DNA of 64,000 nt, from NCBI GenBank assembly GCA_018060885.1, contig JAGOVF010000001.1, positions 2,481-66,480 on the forward strand. Reading direction: 5' to 3'. Every line of letters starts with the position of its first letter. The first letter of the stretch is position 1. This stretch comes from Oligoflexales bacterium (GTDB lineage Bacteria; Bdellovibrionota_B; Oligoflexia; Oligoflexales; JAGOVF01). Shown piece by piece: positions 9,109 to 19,320 of the stretch. The position numbers and the translations under genes are program-made. Under the pieces are notes generated by a model. It saw only the letters and a list, made by a program, of their open reading frames with translations, had not been told where the DNA came from and did no database searches.

Positions 9109-11006
9109 TACAGCACCTGGCCTTCTTTACTCTTAGCCTTAGCAGCTTTACCCGATGTTTTGCGCTTGTAAGTGGTATCAATTTTAACTACAGCTGGAAA
9201 AGATTTACCGGTTTTCATGGCTTTTTTAGTTTCGTCATAGCGTTGTTGATCAAACCAGTATAATCCCCCATAAGTTGCTTCGAAAAAACCATTCGCTATA
9301 TCGAGAGATGACTTTGAAAAAGCTATTTCAGGAAAACGCCACCAGCGCCAATAGGCATAGCGAAAATATGGTGCGACATAGAGTGGTATAAAAGCGCCAT
9401 TTTCGTGAATTATTTCTTGGATGCGATGCGCAATTTTTACACGATTTTTATGTTCAGATTCGATTTTAAATTGATCGGCTAATTTTGAAATTTCATCGTC
9501 TACGATATTCGTAATATTATTAGTTTGTGGAACATTTGCATTATCCTTGTGCACTGATTCCCAGTACTGAGGGCGATCTCCCACTACCCAAGCCCAAAAA
9601 GCTATTTCATGTTTTTTTTCCATGACTCGTTTATAGTAACTTGTTGAATCCATTAACTGTAAAGCTAAATCGACACCAGCTTTTTTTGCTTCTTCCTTTA
9701 AAACTACAAAGCGCGGTGTCAAGCCATCATCACGGTATGCCAAATTTATTTCGAGGCGCTTACCATCTTTTGTCAATATTCCGTCTGATCCTCTTTTTTT
9801 CCAGCCTGCTTTTGCAAAATACTCGCCAGCTTTTTTTAGATCAAACTCTCGGGCTTTAATTTTTGGATTATCAAATTCCCCGAAACCGAAAGTATCACCA
9901 GGCAGTCGATCATACTCATTTCGCAGTAAGGTCTTTAAGAGTTTTTCCATATTTATCGAGTGGGCAAGACCCAAGCGTACATTTCGATCTTTTAAAATTT
10001 CTGTGCTTTGATTAAGATACAATCCATAGGGCATTTCTGGGCGTTGGCGATAAAACCAGAGTTTCTCGACATAACCTTTATCAAAAACCTCTCCCTTCGC
10101 CCACTCATTCCAGTCTTCAGGTGGCGTTATGTTGCGAAAATCTAAGTTGCCTTTTAAGAAATACTCTTTTGCGATTTTATCTTCTCTGACAACTTCGAAT
10201 CGTACTTTATCGACATTAAAGCGATTTTTAAAATAGCGCAGTTCCTTTGCCCACCAGTCTTTTTTGCGGGTCAATTCAATATATTTGCCTTTTTCAATTT
10301 TACTGACTTGATATGCACCAGTGTTTGGCTCTAGTTTCCAGTTATAAGCAGTAACAAAGTCTTTTGGAACAATGCCTTTGTAAAAGTGTTTTGGACGAGG
10401 AGACAAAGGTAAATAATATTCAAGATCAGCGACGGCATGCACTGCATGTACCGATAAAGTGCGATCATCATACTTCACAACTTTTTCAATAGTATTGGTG
10501 TAGTAGTCATTATACCAAGGTGCAACAATATTTTTCGAACGCATAAATTCAATTGCAAACAAAAAGTCATCTGCGGTAACAGGCACTCCATCTGACCATA
10601 CTGCCGCGGGATGCAACTTAAAATACATCGACTTCTTATCCAAACCAAAAGCCCACTCCGATGCTAGCATAGGAATGAGTCGATCTGTATTGGGATGCAT
10701 TGCTAATAAAGGTAAATGCAAATCGCCGATAACACTACGGAAGCTGTTGTTTGAGTCTGGACCAACTGTCCGCAAGGTAGGAGGGAAACTAAGCATTTTT
10801 TCTCTTACGATTCCACCCTTTTTGGCATCAGGTGAAGAATAAACAGGGTCCGTCTCATTAGTCAGCCAAGTTAAGCCGTCAGGCAATTTTGCTGCTTCTG
10901 TCTTTGCAAATGCCTGGCTGTTGATCTGATTCCAAGCGACAAAACTTAGTAAAATAGTAAGAAACTTTAGTCCCAAATTTTTTCTAAAAGTACGCATTAA
11001 CAACAC
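9108..11006 (-). CDS. ABC transporter substrate-binding protein, family 5 (YejA-like)
   Basis: 632 aa with a signal peptide (..NSQAFA) and a long SBP_bac_5-type sequence. It sits inside the permease/ATPase operon. Confidence 0.85.
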   Translation of the reverse strand: MLLMRTFRKNLGLKFLTILLSFVAWNQINSQAFAKTEAAKLPDGLTWLTNETDPVYSSPDAKKGGIVREKMLSFPPTLRTVGPDSNNSFRSVIGDLHLPLLAMHPNTDRLIPMLASEWAFGLDKKSMYFKLHPAAVWSDGVPVTADDFLFAIEFMRSKNIVAPWYNDYYTNTIEKVVKYDDRTLSVHAVHAVADLEYYLPLSPRPKHFYKGIVPKDFVTAYNWKLEPNTGAYQVSKIEKGKYIELTRKKDWWAKELRYFKNRFNVDKVRFEVVREDKIAKEYFLKGNLDFRNITPPEDWNEWAKGEVFDKGYVEKLWFYRQRPEMPYGLYLNQSTEILKDRNVRLGLAHSINMEKLLKTLLRNEYDRLPGDTFGFGEFDNPKIKAREFDLKKAGEYFAKAGWKKRGSDGILTKDGKRLEINLAYRDDGLTPRFVVLKEEAKKAGVDLALQLMDSTSYYKRVMEKKHEIAFWAWVVGDRPQYWESVHKDNANVPQTNNITNIVDDEISKLADQFKIESEHKNRVKIAHRIQEIIHENGAFIPLYVAPYFRYAYWRWWRFPEIAFSKSSLDIANGFFEATYGGLYWFDQQRYDETKKAMKTGKSFPAVVKIDTTYKRKTSGKAAKAKSKEGQVL

Positions 11007-11019
11007 TCCTCATTAAAAA

Positions 11020-12078
11020 CTACTCAAAAACTGTATGTTTCTTTGGATCAAAAGCCTCTCGAACCGCTTCACCAATAAAAGTCACTAAAGTTAATATCAC
11101 GATCATCGCCACTACAACAGACATCACGATCCAAGGCTTATCAAATTGCGAAGTCCCTTGCGATAGAAGCTCACCCCAGCTAGGTGTTGGAGGTGGTAGC
11201 CCATAACCCAAATAATCTAATGCAGTTAAAGCCGTGATGCCTGAAGTCACTGAAAAAGGAATAAAGGTTACTATCATCGAAATCGCATTTGGCACGATGT
11301 GCCGGAAAACAATGCGATGCGGAGTTGCTCCCAAAGAGCGTGCCGCAAGAGCGTAATCACGAGTTTTTTCTTTATAAACCGCTGTTCGCATATACCAAGT
11401 CATATGCATCCAACCGAAAGAAACCATGATGAGAGCCAGCGTAAAAAAATTCGGCACGACGATAGAAGAAACGATCATAACGATATAAAGAAAGGGGATA
11501 TTGCTCCAGATTTCGATCAATCTTTGGCCAACGAGGTCTAGCTTGCCGCCAAAATAACCCATAAGACTGCCTATTGCTACGCCGACCATATAATTACAAA
11601 TCACATAAAAAAGCGAAAATAGAATACAAATACGAAATCCAAACACCAGCCTTGCTAGCACATCCCGCCCGGCTTTATCTGTGCCGAGAAAATGTTGTGA
11701 CTCCAGAGACGGAGCTGTAGGCGGGTACTCGCCTTCCGGCAAATCATTTTCAAAGGCATTGTAAGGCACAGGCGGTAGAACGACGAAATCATCGCCACCT
11801 TGAGTTGCAAAATGTTTTTTTAAATCGCGGTAATTTGTTTCGTAGTCATAATCTAAACCAAACTCAGTTCCTGGGATGACTGCGCCATAAATTGGAAAAT
11901 ACCATTCGCCTTTATACTGGACAAAAAGCGCTCGGCTATTGATAAAAACTTCTGCGAACATAGAAAAAACAAAGGCCAGCGAGAACAATAAAAAAGAATA
12001 ATACCCACGCTTGATCAGGCGAAAGCGATGCAAACGCCGCCGCATAATTGGATCTAGTTTTAGCCATGTAAAATTCAT
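11020..12078 (-). CDS. ABC transporter permease (YejE/OppC-like)
   Basis: Multi-TM protein with the conserved YALAARSLGA loop. I place the start at ATG 12076-12078, which forms an ATGA overlap with the upstream stop. The track's longer 12114 start overlaps the preceding gene. Confidence 0.85.
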   Translation of the reverse strand: MNFTWLKLDPIMRRRLHRFRLIKRGYYSFLLFSLAFVFSMFAEVFINSRALFVQYKGEWYFPIYGAVIPGTEFGLDYDYETNYRDLKKHFATQGGDDFVVLPPVPYNAFENDLPEGEYPPTAPSLESQHFLGTDKAGRDVLARLVFGFRICILFSLFYVICNYMVGVAIGSLMGYFGGKLDLVGQRLIEIWSNIPFLYIVMIVSSIVVPNFFTLALIMVSFGWMHMTWYMRTAVYKEKTRDYALAARSLGATPHRIVFRHIVPNAISMIVTFIPFSVTSGITALTALDYLGYGLPPPTPSWGELLSQGTSQFDKPWIVMSVVVAMIVILTLVTFIGEAVREAFDPKKHTVFE

Positions 12079-13091
12079 TCGAATTGCACCCGCGGATCTA
12101 CTAAAGCAACACAAACATCTGACAATATATTTCCAACTAATAGAAGGAGAGAAGAAATCACCAAGATACCAAGCACCACCGGGTAGTCCCGCTCGACTAT
12201 GGCCTCAAAACCAAGCAGACCTATGCCGCTAATGTTAAAAATTTTTTCAATCAGAAAAGAACCGGTGAGTATCAGGGAAATATTGTTACCAAAATGTGTT
12301 GCGAGTGGAATCAAGCTATTGCGCAAGGCGTGGCGCAAAATCGTTTTTTTATAAGGCAGCCCCTTTGCCACAGCCGTTCTTACGTAATCAGCCGCGATAT
12401 TATCCATCAAGCTATTCTTCATTAACATCGTCATAACGGCAAAACTACCAATAAGATACGAAACAAGAGGTAAAGCGCCATGATGTAACATATCAAACAT
12501 TTTTTCAGAAAAACTCAAATCGTCAAAACCTTCTGAAACAAATCCACCCATAGGGAACCATTCTAAATTCGATGCGAATATAAAAATTAAAAATATTCCG
12601 AAAATATAGGAGGGAATGGCATAACCGACAAAAACAAACAATGAAGACAAAGTATCAAAGTGAGAGTGGTGCCGCACACCTTTTATGATCCCAAGAGGGA
12701 TAGAAATTAAATAAGTTAAAAAAGTCGTCATCAAGCCGTAAAAAAGCGAAATTGGTAAGCGATCTATAATGGTATCAATTACCGGGTCTTGGTAGCGGGT
12801 CGACAGGCCAAAATCTAAGACCACAATTTTTTTCAGCCATTCTAAATACGAAACTAAAATCGGCTTATCAAATCCATAGTATTCCCGAAGTTCTTGCAAT
12901 TGAGTTTCAGACAAAACCTCGCCGCCTCGAGACTGAGAGCCTCCGCTTTCAGTCGCAGCCATTTGATACTCTGCAATCATGCGTTCCAAGGGCCCGCCAG
13001 GTACAATGCGGGTCACAGCAAAGACAAGAAGTGTGATCCCAATAAAAGTGGGGATTATAAGAAAGAAACGACGAATAAAATATGCTGTCAT
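12075..13091 (-). CDS. ABC transporter permease (YejB/OppB-like)
   Basis: MTAYFIRRFFLIIPTFIGITLLVF... and the DYVRTAVAKGL loop typical of BPD_transp_1 peptide permeases. Confidence 0.85.
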   Translation of the reverse strand: MTAYFIRRFFLIIPTFIGITLLVFAVTRIVPGGPLERMIAEYQMAATESGGSQSRGGEVLSETQLQELREYYGFDKPILVSYLEWLKKIVVLDFGLSTRYQDPVIDTIIDRLPISLFYGLMTTFLTYLISIPLGIIKGVRHHSHFDTLSSLFVFVGYAIPSYIFGIFLIFIFASNLEWFPMGGFVSEGFDDLSFSEKMFDMLHHGALPLVSYLIGSFAVMTMLMKNSLMDNIAADYVRTAVAKGLPYKKTILRHALRNSLIPLATHFGNNISLILTGSFLIEKIFNISGIGLLGFEAIVERDYPVVLGILVISSLLLLVGNILSDVCVALVDPRVQFE

Positions 13092-13268
13092 TTCATGTCC
13101 TTAGATAGAAATCGCCTATTGCGCGCCTCAATATAGCCAAACGATCTGAGATTTTATGTCGCTTGAAAGAAATACTCCACAACAACTTTCGAAATTTTAA
13201 AAGAGTATTAATATTTTTAATAGAATTCCGAAAGATCAGCGACTTCCTTATAACTATAGGAACATGAA

Positions 13269-14330
13269 ATGTTAATTGAACTTACCTTCAAGCATTTACA
13301 GCTACGTGGTTTCTACTTTATTTTTTTACTATTAATTGGGACTTTTAGCTGCTCAAAAGCTGGGTTTGTTGGCAAAAATCGCAACAGCTCGGCTAAACCG
13401 GCACCTTCTATAAGTGGTGATTCGAAAAGTACAGTTTTACCTACTACACCCACCAAAGGGTCGGAGCCCAAGACTCAAGTTTTTGAACTGCAAAGTTATA
13501 GCTCTGGACTTGATATGGTATGGGTAGTGGATAATTCTGGATCGATGAAAGATGAAATTGACCAAGTAAGTCGAAATTTGACCGGTTTTGCTGAAAGCCT
13601 TAGTCGAGACATCGACCTCAAATTCGCTCTCATTTCAGGGACTCAATCTTCTTATGAAAAGTACGCTTTAAAGATACCAGATAATTTCCCACCACAAGTT
13701 CATAGACAACAAGTTGATCGTTATGTGGATAGTTATGATGGAATGGAACTTGCCGCATTTGCAAGCTGCCCGAGTGAGTCAAGCGATAGGAATCGTCTTT
13801 GTGGAAGTGAATTTGTTGTATTAGCTCCGAACGGCAGACCCGAGATCGGCTTAGCTCACAATATAAAAGGCGCCTTGCACAGCTTTTTCCGACCTAGGAC
13901 TAAGCGCATTTATGTATTTGTGAGCGACGATGAATCGACGCGTATGACTGACAAGGAGTTTCAAATACGAATCACTCCATATTTACAAGGATCGAGTATT
14001 GTTGTTTATGCATTTGTGGGTATTCCAAATATTAGTCATTGTGCAATTGTAAATTCAGGTACTGCTTATTTAAAACTCGCGACGAGTACCGGCGGAAAAA
14101 CCTACGACCTTTGCCAGCCAGATTGGAGCCGACATTTTGCCGAACTCACTGCTGATGTCAGAACGAAAGTGAAAAATGAATTTATTTTGGATCTAACACC
14201 TAAGCGGATTTTGTCTGTGAAAATAAACGACTTAGTTCTTAGCAGTAACGAATATAGTTTGGTAGGAAATGCTCTTCGTGTCCATCGCCAAAACGAAACT
14301 TTAGGCACGCTCACTGTTGTTTATGAGTAA
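13269..14330 (+). CDS. Secreted VWA-like domain protein
   Basis: N-terminal hydrophobic signal, and the DxSxS motif VVDNSGSMKDE followed by a VWA-like alpha/beta pattern. Confidence 0.65.
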   Translation: MLIELTFKHLQLRGFYFIFLLLIGTFSCSKAGFVGKNRNSSAKPAPSISGDSKSTVLPTTPTKGSEPKTQVFELQSYSSGLDMVWVVDNSGSMKDEIDQVSRNLTGFAESLSRDIDLKFALISGTQSSYEKYALKIPDNFPPQVHRQQVDRYVDSYDGMELAAFASCPSESSDRNRLCGSEFVVLAPNGRPEIGLAHNIKGALHSFFRPRTKRIYVFVSDDESTRMTDKEFQIRITPYLQGSSIVVYAFVGIPNISHCAIVNSGTAYLKLATSTGGKTYDLCQPDWSRHFAELTADVRTKVKNEFILDLTPKRILSVKINDLVLSSNEYSLVGNALRVHRQNETLGTLTVVYE

Positions 14331-14352
14331 GTTCAATTTGGATAGAAGAGTC

Positions 14353-15195
14353 CTACTGTTGCAACAGTGACAAAGCCATTTGTGGAATGCTGTTTGCTTG
14401 AGATAAGACCGAGATTCCCGCTTGGGTTAAAATTGAATTTTTAGTCAATTCAGCTGTTTCTGCGGCAATATCGACGTCTTTAATACGTGAGCGCGCTGCT
14501 GATAAATTCTCAATTGAAATAGATAAATTTCGAATCGTCGAGGTTAAACGGTTTTCGATGGCACCGAGTTTACCGCGCGTCGAAGAGACGTGTTCGATTG
14601 CACTGTCAATAACCGACAAACTCTGCTGCGCATCGAATTTTGTACCGACACCTAGATCAGCCAAACCCATTTGATCGGCATTGACGTCGAGTTGGAAAGC
14701 ATCAAAAGAAATTCGGTCGACACCCAACACGTTGCTACCACCAGTGTTGACTTGAAAATCTAAAGAGCCGCCTGTACCGTCTAACAAATAAGTTCCATTA
14801 AATTCAGTTGAGTTTGCAATTCTATCCATCTCTTCTATGAGAGATGAATATTCTTCCTGTAGATAGCGTCTTTCTTCTGGACCGATAGTATCACTTGCCG
14901 ACTGGACTCCTAATTCTCGTAAACGTACTAAAATATTTTGAACTTCGTTTAAACCACCTTCAGCAACTTGAATCAAAGAAACACCATCTGAGGCATTACG
15001 CTGAGCTTGAACAAGGCCTGTTACTTTTGCACGTAGTTTTTCCGTGATTGCCAAACCGGCGGCATCATCACCAGCTCGATTGATCCTATAACCACTCGCT
15101 AAGCGCTCTAACGATTGATCCAACAATCGGCGCGTTTGCTGTAAATGGCGCTGTGATGTTAACGACGATACGTTCGTCGCAATCCGTAATCCCAT
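14353..15195 (-). CDS. fliC: Flagellin
   Basis: N-terminus MGLRIATNVSSLTSQRHL...LASGYRINRAGDDAAGLAI and C-terminus ...ILTQAGISVLSQANSIPQMALSLLQQ are canonical flagellin D0/D1 segments. RBS GGAGG. Confidence 0.95.
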   Translation of the reverse strand: MGLRIATNVSSLTSQRHLQQTRRLLDQSLERLASGYRINRAGDDAAGLAITEKLRAKVTGLVQAQRNASDGVSLIQVAEGGLNEVQNILVRLRELGVQSASDTIGPEERRYLQEEYSSLIEEMDRIANSTEFNGTYLLDGTGGSLDFQVNTGGSNVLGVDRISFDAFQLDVNADQMGLADLGVGTKFDAQQSLSVIDSAIEHVSSTRGKLGAIENRLTSTIRNLSISIENLSAARSRIKDVDIAAETAELTKNSILTQAGISVLSQANSIPQMALSLLQQ

Positions 15196-15256
15196 GACGA
15201 CCTCCGATTAAAAACAACTCGGCACTTTCCGGGCTCTTCGTCTAGGTTCACCATAT

Positions 15257-15264
15257 TTATTGGC
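15257..15264 (-). promoter_or_regulatory. Possible sigma28-type -10 element (GCCAATAA) upstream of flagellin
   Basis: The minus strand reads ..ttgttcGCCAATAAatatgg.., about 60 nt upstream of the ATG. It matches GCCGATAA at 7/8, but I see no convincing TAAA -35 at the expected spacing. Confidence 0.3.
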
Positions 15265-15421
15265 GAACAAATTCTAAGACAAACATCACAACACAAAATA
15301 ATTTCGATGTATTATCCATCTTAAATGCTATCACAGGAAGAATTCAGTAAACAAGTTCAGCAAGCGAGGAGTGAACTATTAGCTTCGGGGAATTAAAAGA
15401 AACACACATTTTTCTAATAGT

Positions 15422-16456
15422 TTATTGGGCTTGTAGCATCTTTTCTACATCTGAGTTTACTGTGACAAACCGACTCGCAGAAAGCGCTGCATAGCTTTTT
15501 AAAAAGGAACCAGTAACCCAATATTCTGACTTTTGACCTTCTATCTTCATTTTTTTGAATACCATCATTTCTGGTGGACGAGTCTTGTGACGACAAGTTA
15601 AGGAAAAAAGTTCTGCTTGTGATTCAAGTTGAGATGCAATTTCTGCACCCGCATAATTATCAATTCTAAGTTTTTCGATATTTTCTAACCAAATGTCAAA
15701 CTGCACGTTATTTAGTGCTTTTGCTTGATCTGGCCCTAACCATGACGATAATTTATTTTGCTCACCCGCAACTTTGTTAATCTGCACCTTCTGATCACCA
15801 CGCTTGATTTCGCAAGCTTCAAAATCGTCAAGATAACTAGACAAGATCCCGCGCTGAAATAATTTTGTTTTGGCGCCTTCAATGATTTCAATAAGTTCAC
15901 CATCTAACATCGTGAGTGTTTGTTTTTCCTGGTAATAAGCATAATACTGCGCACCGCCGACGACTTTATTACCAATCCACAGTTCCGCCGCTAAATCACC
16001 ATTTGATTTGTAAAGACGCAGCTTTGTCTTTGCAGCATCTAATCCATAGTCTTTTAACTTTTCTGTGTCTTTAATTTCACCAAGGTTTCTGCGACCGAAT
16101 AAGGGAGAAAATAATTTTACATATTCAGTCACTGAGTCGTTAGCACGAAAAGACTCTGGCTCATTAGTGCCGCTTTCACCTTCAGCATTTTCGCTTTTTT
16201 TTGCCGACCCCTTGCTTTCAACAGTAAGCCAAAAGAAGTCTTTTTCTTTCTGTTCCAAAACACTACGCTGCTTTTCACTTTCAAATTCTATGCGTCCAAT
16301 TTCTTCGATACCTATACTTAAAATCGGGAATTTCTCTTGCGCGTCTTCTGACTTCGGCAAAGAAGCCCAATAAGCCAAACCCAATGATGCTACAAATAAT
16401 AGACCGTAAGCTATAGTTTCAATTTTCTTGCTAAACACGCTTTCCCTCACCATCAA
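15422..16456 (-). CDS. DUF4340-like protein (accessory to the GldG-type ABC module)
   Basis: 344 aa with an N-terminal TM anchor. It sits immediately downstream of the GldG-like gene, where DUF4340 proteins typically occur. The family call rests mainly on synteny. Confidence 0.55.
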   Translation of the reverse strand: MMVRESVFSKKIETIAYGLLFVASLGLAYWASLPKSEDAQEKFPILSIGIEEIGRIEFESEKQRSVLEQKEKDFFWLTVESKGSAKKSENAEGESGTNEPESFRANDSVTEYVKLFSPLFGRRNLGEIKDTEKLKDYGLDAAKTKLRLYKSNGDLAAELWIGNKVVGGAQYYAYYQEKQTLTMLDGELIEIIEGAKTKLFQRGILSSYLDDFEACEIKRGDQKVQINKVAGEQNKLSSWLGPDQAKALNNVQFDIWLENIEKLRIDNYAGAEIASQLESQAELFSLTCRHKTRPPEMMVFKKMKIEGQKSEYWVTGSFLKSYAALSASRFVTVNSDVEKMLQAQ

Positions 16457-16503
16457 TCCGAATACAACACAATCATTCTGGCAAATAACATTGAATTTAA
16501 ATT

Positions 16504-18534
16504 TTAGCCTCTTTTAGAGCGACGTCTTACCAAACTCATAACAAAAGCACCAATTAACATCACAATTATGGGCGGCGCAAATAAACTACCATAGTAGAAC
16601 AACAGTTCTTCGTCCCGCTTAAGCATAATTTGCACATCTTCTTCACTTTTTTCCGCTCCCACTAACTCAGAAGTTCCAGCTAACCAATTGAGCGATTCTA
16701 CAGCAAAGAGCTGGTTACCGGGCGAATTGATTAAAAGAACATCAGAAAGCATATGGGCATCGGCAACTGCGATAATCCTAGCCGACTTATCTGCTTCTAC
16801 TTCTTCTTTTGCTTCCGTGTTTTTATTGTCTGAAACTTTATTATTATCTTGGGCTTTTTTATTTTTGCGCTCAATAGCAACGCCTAAAATATTACCTTCT
16901 TTTTTCTCTGCATCTTTATCGAAAGTATAATTTTTATTTAAATCGACGAAAGTAGAAGGATAACTTCGGATTGTCTCTGCTGTTGTCCAATTATTTTCAT
17001 TCTTTGCTATTTCAAAACTACCAGACTTAAACAACAAGACAGCTACGCGCGTGTCCATTTTTGAAAGATTGCGCACAGAATCATGTGAGGTAAAGGTGTT
17101 GGTAAAGATAAACCAACGATCACTTAAAGTACCTGTCGCTTTTGCATAACGCTGTTCGTCAGCGAGTACATCAGGACTGTATTTTAAATTCCATTCTTGG
17201 AGAAGTTCCAACAATGGGTTCGGAGTTTGAGCTGTGCTCATCGCCTCGGAATCTTCGTCATTATCCAATGCAAGAAAGAGCTTACCTCCGCCATCGACAT
17301 AACGTCGTATTGCCGCGACTTCTTCTGCCGCAAAGGGGCCCTTCGGACCAACGATAGCAAGAAAAGTTGCATCATCGGGCACCTTTTCCATACTGCCATC
17401 TTGAATACCAAAACGCTTAACTTTATAGTTTTGTCGGCGCAGATGCTCGTATAATAAATTAATTGATGACAAAGGATCTTTTTCGCCAAACCAGTACTTC
17501 TCTCCGTGCCCAACACTAAAATATGCTACCTGAGGCTTAGCAACTAAACTAGCTAAGCTTGAGCGAAAAAGCTCATCCAGCTTAGCGATATTTTTTCGAC
17601 TTTTTTCGATGGTGTCGCCAATTGCAATTTTTTTGTCAACGCTCTTTGATTTTGAATCTTCATTCTCTACTGGATTCTGGAGTTCTTCTCCATTTATTGC
17701 TTCCGTATTTTCTGGAGTACTATCTTGAGCTTTTTCTTTTTCTGCGACCTCTTCTTTAGTAGCGATAAGTAAAATCTCACCATTAGCTCGAACTTTATGT
17801 TTTTCTGCAACCACTGGATTTAAGTCTTTGTCGAGTTGCTCTATCGTGAGTTGAGGGTATTTAGATTTTAAGTTAAAGAAATACTCTCGCACAAAAGGCA
17901 GAACTTCGTTATCTCGAGTGAAAAATAATTTTGCTTCTACAGGTTTGCCATAAGCTTCGAGAGCTCGCACTGTTGCATCGCTTGGGCTCGTAACTTTTAA
18001 GTAACTCCAATCAAATGTCTTATCAAAACGATTTGCTGAGAAATTTATGCCAAGTAAAGAAGCGCATAATAAACCAGCTAAGGACCATGATCGTGCGGCT
18101 GCCCAGATTCTTTTTGGTTCAGCGTTTGCACCAAGTCCAAACTCTTTGAGCGCCATTTCAACGCCCACAAGAAAAAACAAACCTACGATCGATAGAGATA
18201 GCCACGCGGCTAACGCAGCTTTTTGCGCTAGAGTTTCTACAGCTGCAGCATCTTCCATCACCTTGCCATAAAACATGCCAGCAAGCATGGCCAGAATCAG
18301 AACAAACTTCCAAACTAAGCTTGGATAAAAAGCCCGGCTTTGCTCAGTGCCAGCAGGCTTAAGTGTTACGATTAAGAGCACTGTAAAAGTCAGTGCTGCT
18401 AAAACCAAAAAGGCCGCACTCCCGACAAACATGAGATAGGCATCGGTATTAGGATAGTAGCGCACCCCAAAAAACAATACGGCTAAACCAAGCAAGAAAA
18501 GCGGAACACGCATTTGAATCAAAATATTTTTCAT
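16504..18534 (-). CDS. GldG-like ABC-transport auxiliary protein with a multi-TM N-terminal extension
   Basis: TM-rich N-terminus, a large soluble region resembling ABC_transp_aux (..FFTRDNEVLPFVREYF..), and a C-terminal TM plus RRRSKRG. I place the start at ATG 18532-18534, just after the upstream stop. Confidence 0.7.
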   Translation of the reverse strand: MKNILIQMRVPLFLLGLAVLFFGVRYYPNTDAYLMFVGSAAFLVLAALTFTVLLIVTLKPAGTEQSRAFYPSLVWKFVLILAMLAGMFYGKVMEDAAAVETLAQKAALAAWLSLSIVGLFFLVGVEMALKEFGLGANAEPKRIWAAARSWSLAGLLCASLLGINFSANRFDKTFDWSYLKVTSPSDATVRALEAYGKPVEAKLFFTRDNEVLPFVREYFFNLKSKYPQLTIEQLDKDLNPVVAEKHKVRANGEILLIATKEEVAEKEKAQDSTPENTEAINGEELQNPVENEDSKSKSVDKKIAIGDTIEKSRKNIAKLDELFRSSLASLVAKPQVAYFSVGHGEKYWFGEKDPLSSINLLYEHLRRQNYKVKRFGIQDGSMEKVPDDATFLAIVGPKGPFAAEEVAAIRRYVDGGGKLFLALDNDEDSEAMSTAQTPNPLLELLQEWNLKYSPDVLADEQRYAKATGTLSDRWFIFTNTFTSHDSVRNLSKMDTRVAVLLFKSGSFEIAKNENNWTTAETIRSYPSTFVDLNKNYTFDKDAEKKEGNILGVAIERKNKKAQDNNKVSDNKNTEAKEEVEADKSARIIAVADAHMLSDVLLINSPGNQLFAVESLNWLAGTSELVGAEKSEEDVQIMLKRDEELLFYYGSLFAPPIIVMLIGAFVMSLVRRRSKRG

Positions 18535-18535
18535 A

Positions 18536-19264
18536 CTAACCTCGCCAGCGGCGGGCATCGAGAACCCGAACAGAAAATTCTAAGAACAACCAAATAAAAC
18601 TAAAATAATAAATTAGGCTGCGCGTATGGATTATTCCATTCGCCATACCATTAAAATGATCGTTATGAATCGCCAGATAGGCAAAAATATTTTTGAATGG
18701 TGGATCAACCTTGTCTGCCAGCATCCAAATCATTAAGAAAACAGCGATCAAGACCGCACCTAAAATGGCCGCAACAAGTTGATGGCTGGTCGCAGTAGAC
18801 ATAAATAAAGTGACAGCCAAAGCACAAGAACCGAGCAGCAGTAAACACAAATAACCAGCCGCTAAATGACCTAAGGAGATCTTTCCATAAACATAGATCA
18901 AAGCGGGCATATATGCGGACATAAGTAACAAAATCATTAAAATAATAAGAGACGAAAGAAACTTACCATAGATAATTTGGCGTGCCGATATGGGCGAAGT
19001 AAAAAGCAGCACTGCCGTTCCTAATTGTTTTTCTTCAGCAATTAAACGCATGCCGAGGAAAATTGCCGCGGCGATGATGACTCCGCCAGGAAAATAAAAA
19101 AAATCATAAAGCATTTGGTTAGAAAATTTTGGCTGACTTCCTGCAACCATCGCATGGAATAGAGAGCTCGTAATCACCAAATAGGCGATCGTAATAATGT
19201 AACCAGTCCAGGTATTAAAATAAGCCGCAATTTCGCGACGCGCAATTAAACTAACCGATGACAA
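18536..19264 (-). CDS. ABC-2 type permease (GldF-like)
   Basis: 242 aa, about 6 TM helices, within the operon. Confidence 0.75.
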   Translation of the reverse strand: MSSVSLIARREIAAYFNTWTGYIITIAYLVITSSLFHAMVAGSQPKFSNQMLYDFFYFPGGVIIAAAIFLGMRLIAEEKQLGTAVLLFTSPISARQIIYGKFLSSLIILMILLLMSAYMPALIYVYGKISLGHLAAGYLCLLLLGSCALAVTLFMSTATSHQLVAAILGAVLIAVFLMIWMLADKVDPPFKNIFAYLAIHNDHFNGMANGIIHTRSLIYYFSFIWLFLEFSVRVLDARRWRG

Positions 19265-19320
19265 TTGAACTCCTCCGTTCCCAGGCTTTTAACTTCCAAT
19301 TTCAATCCCATTTCCAACTG

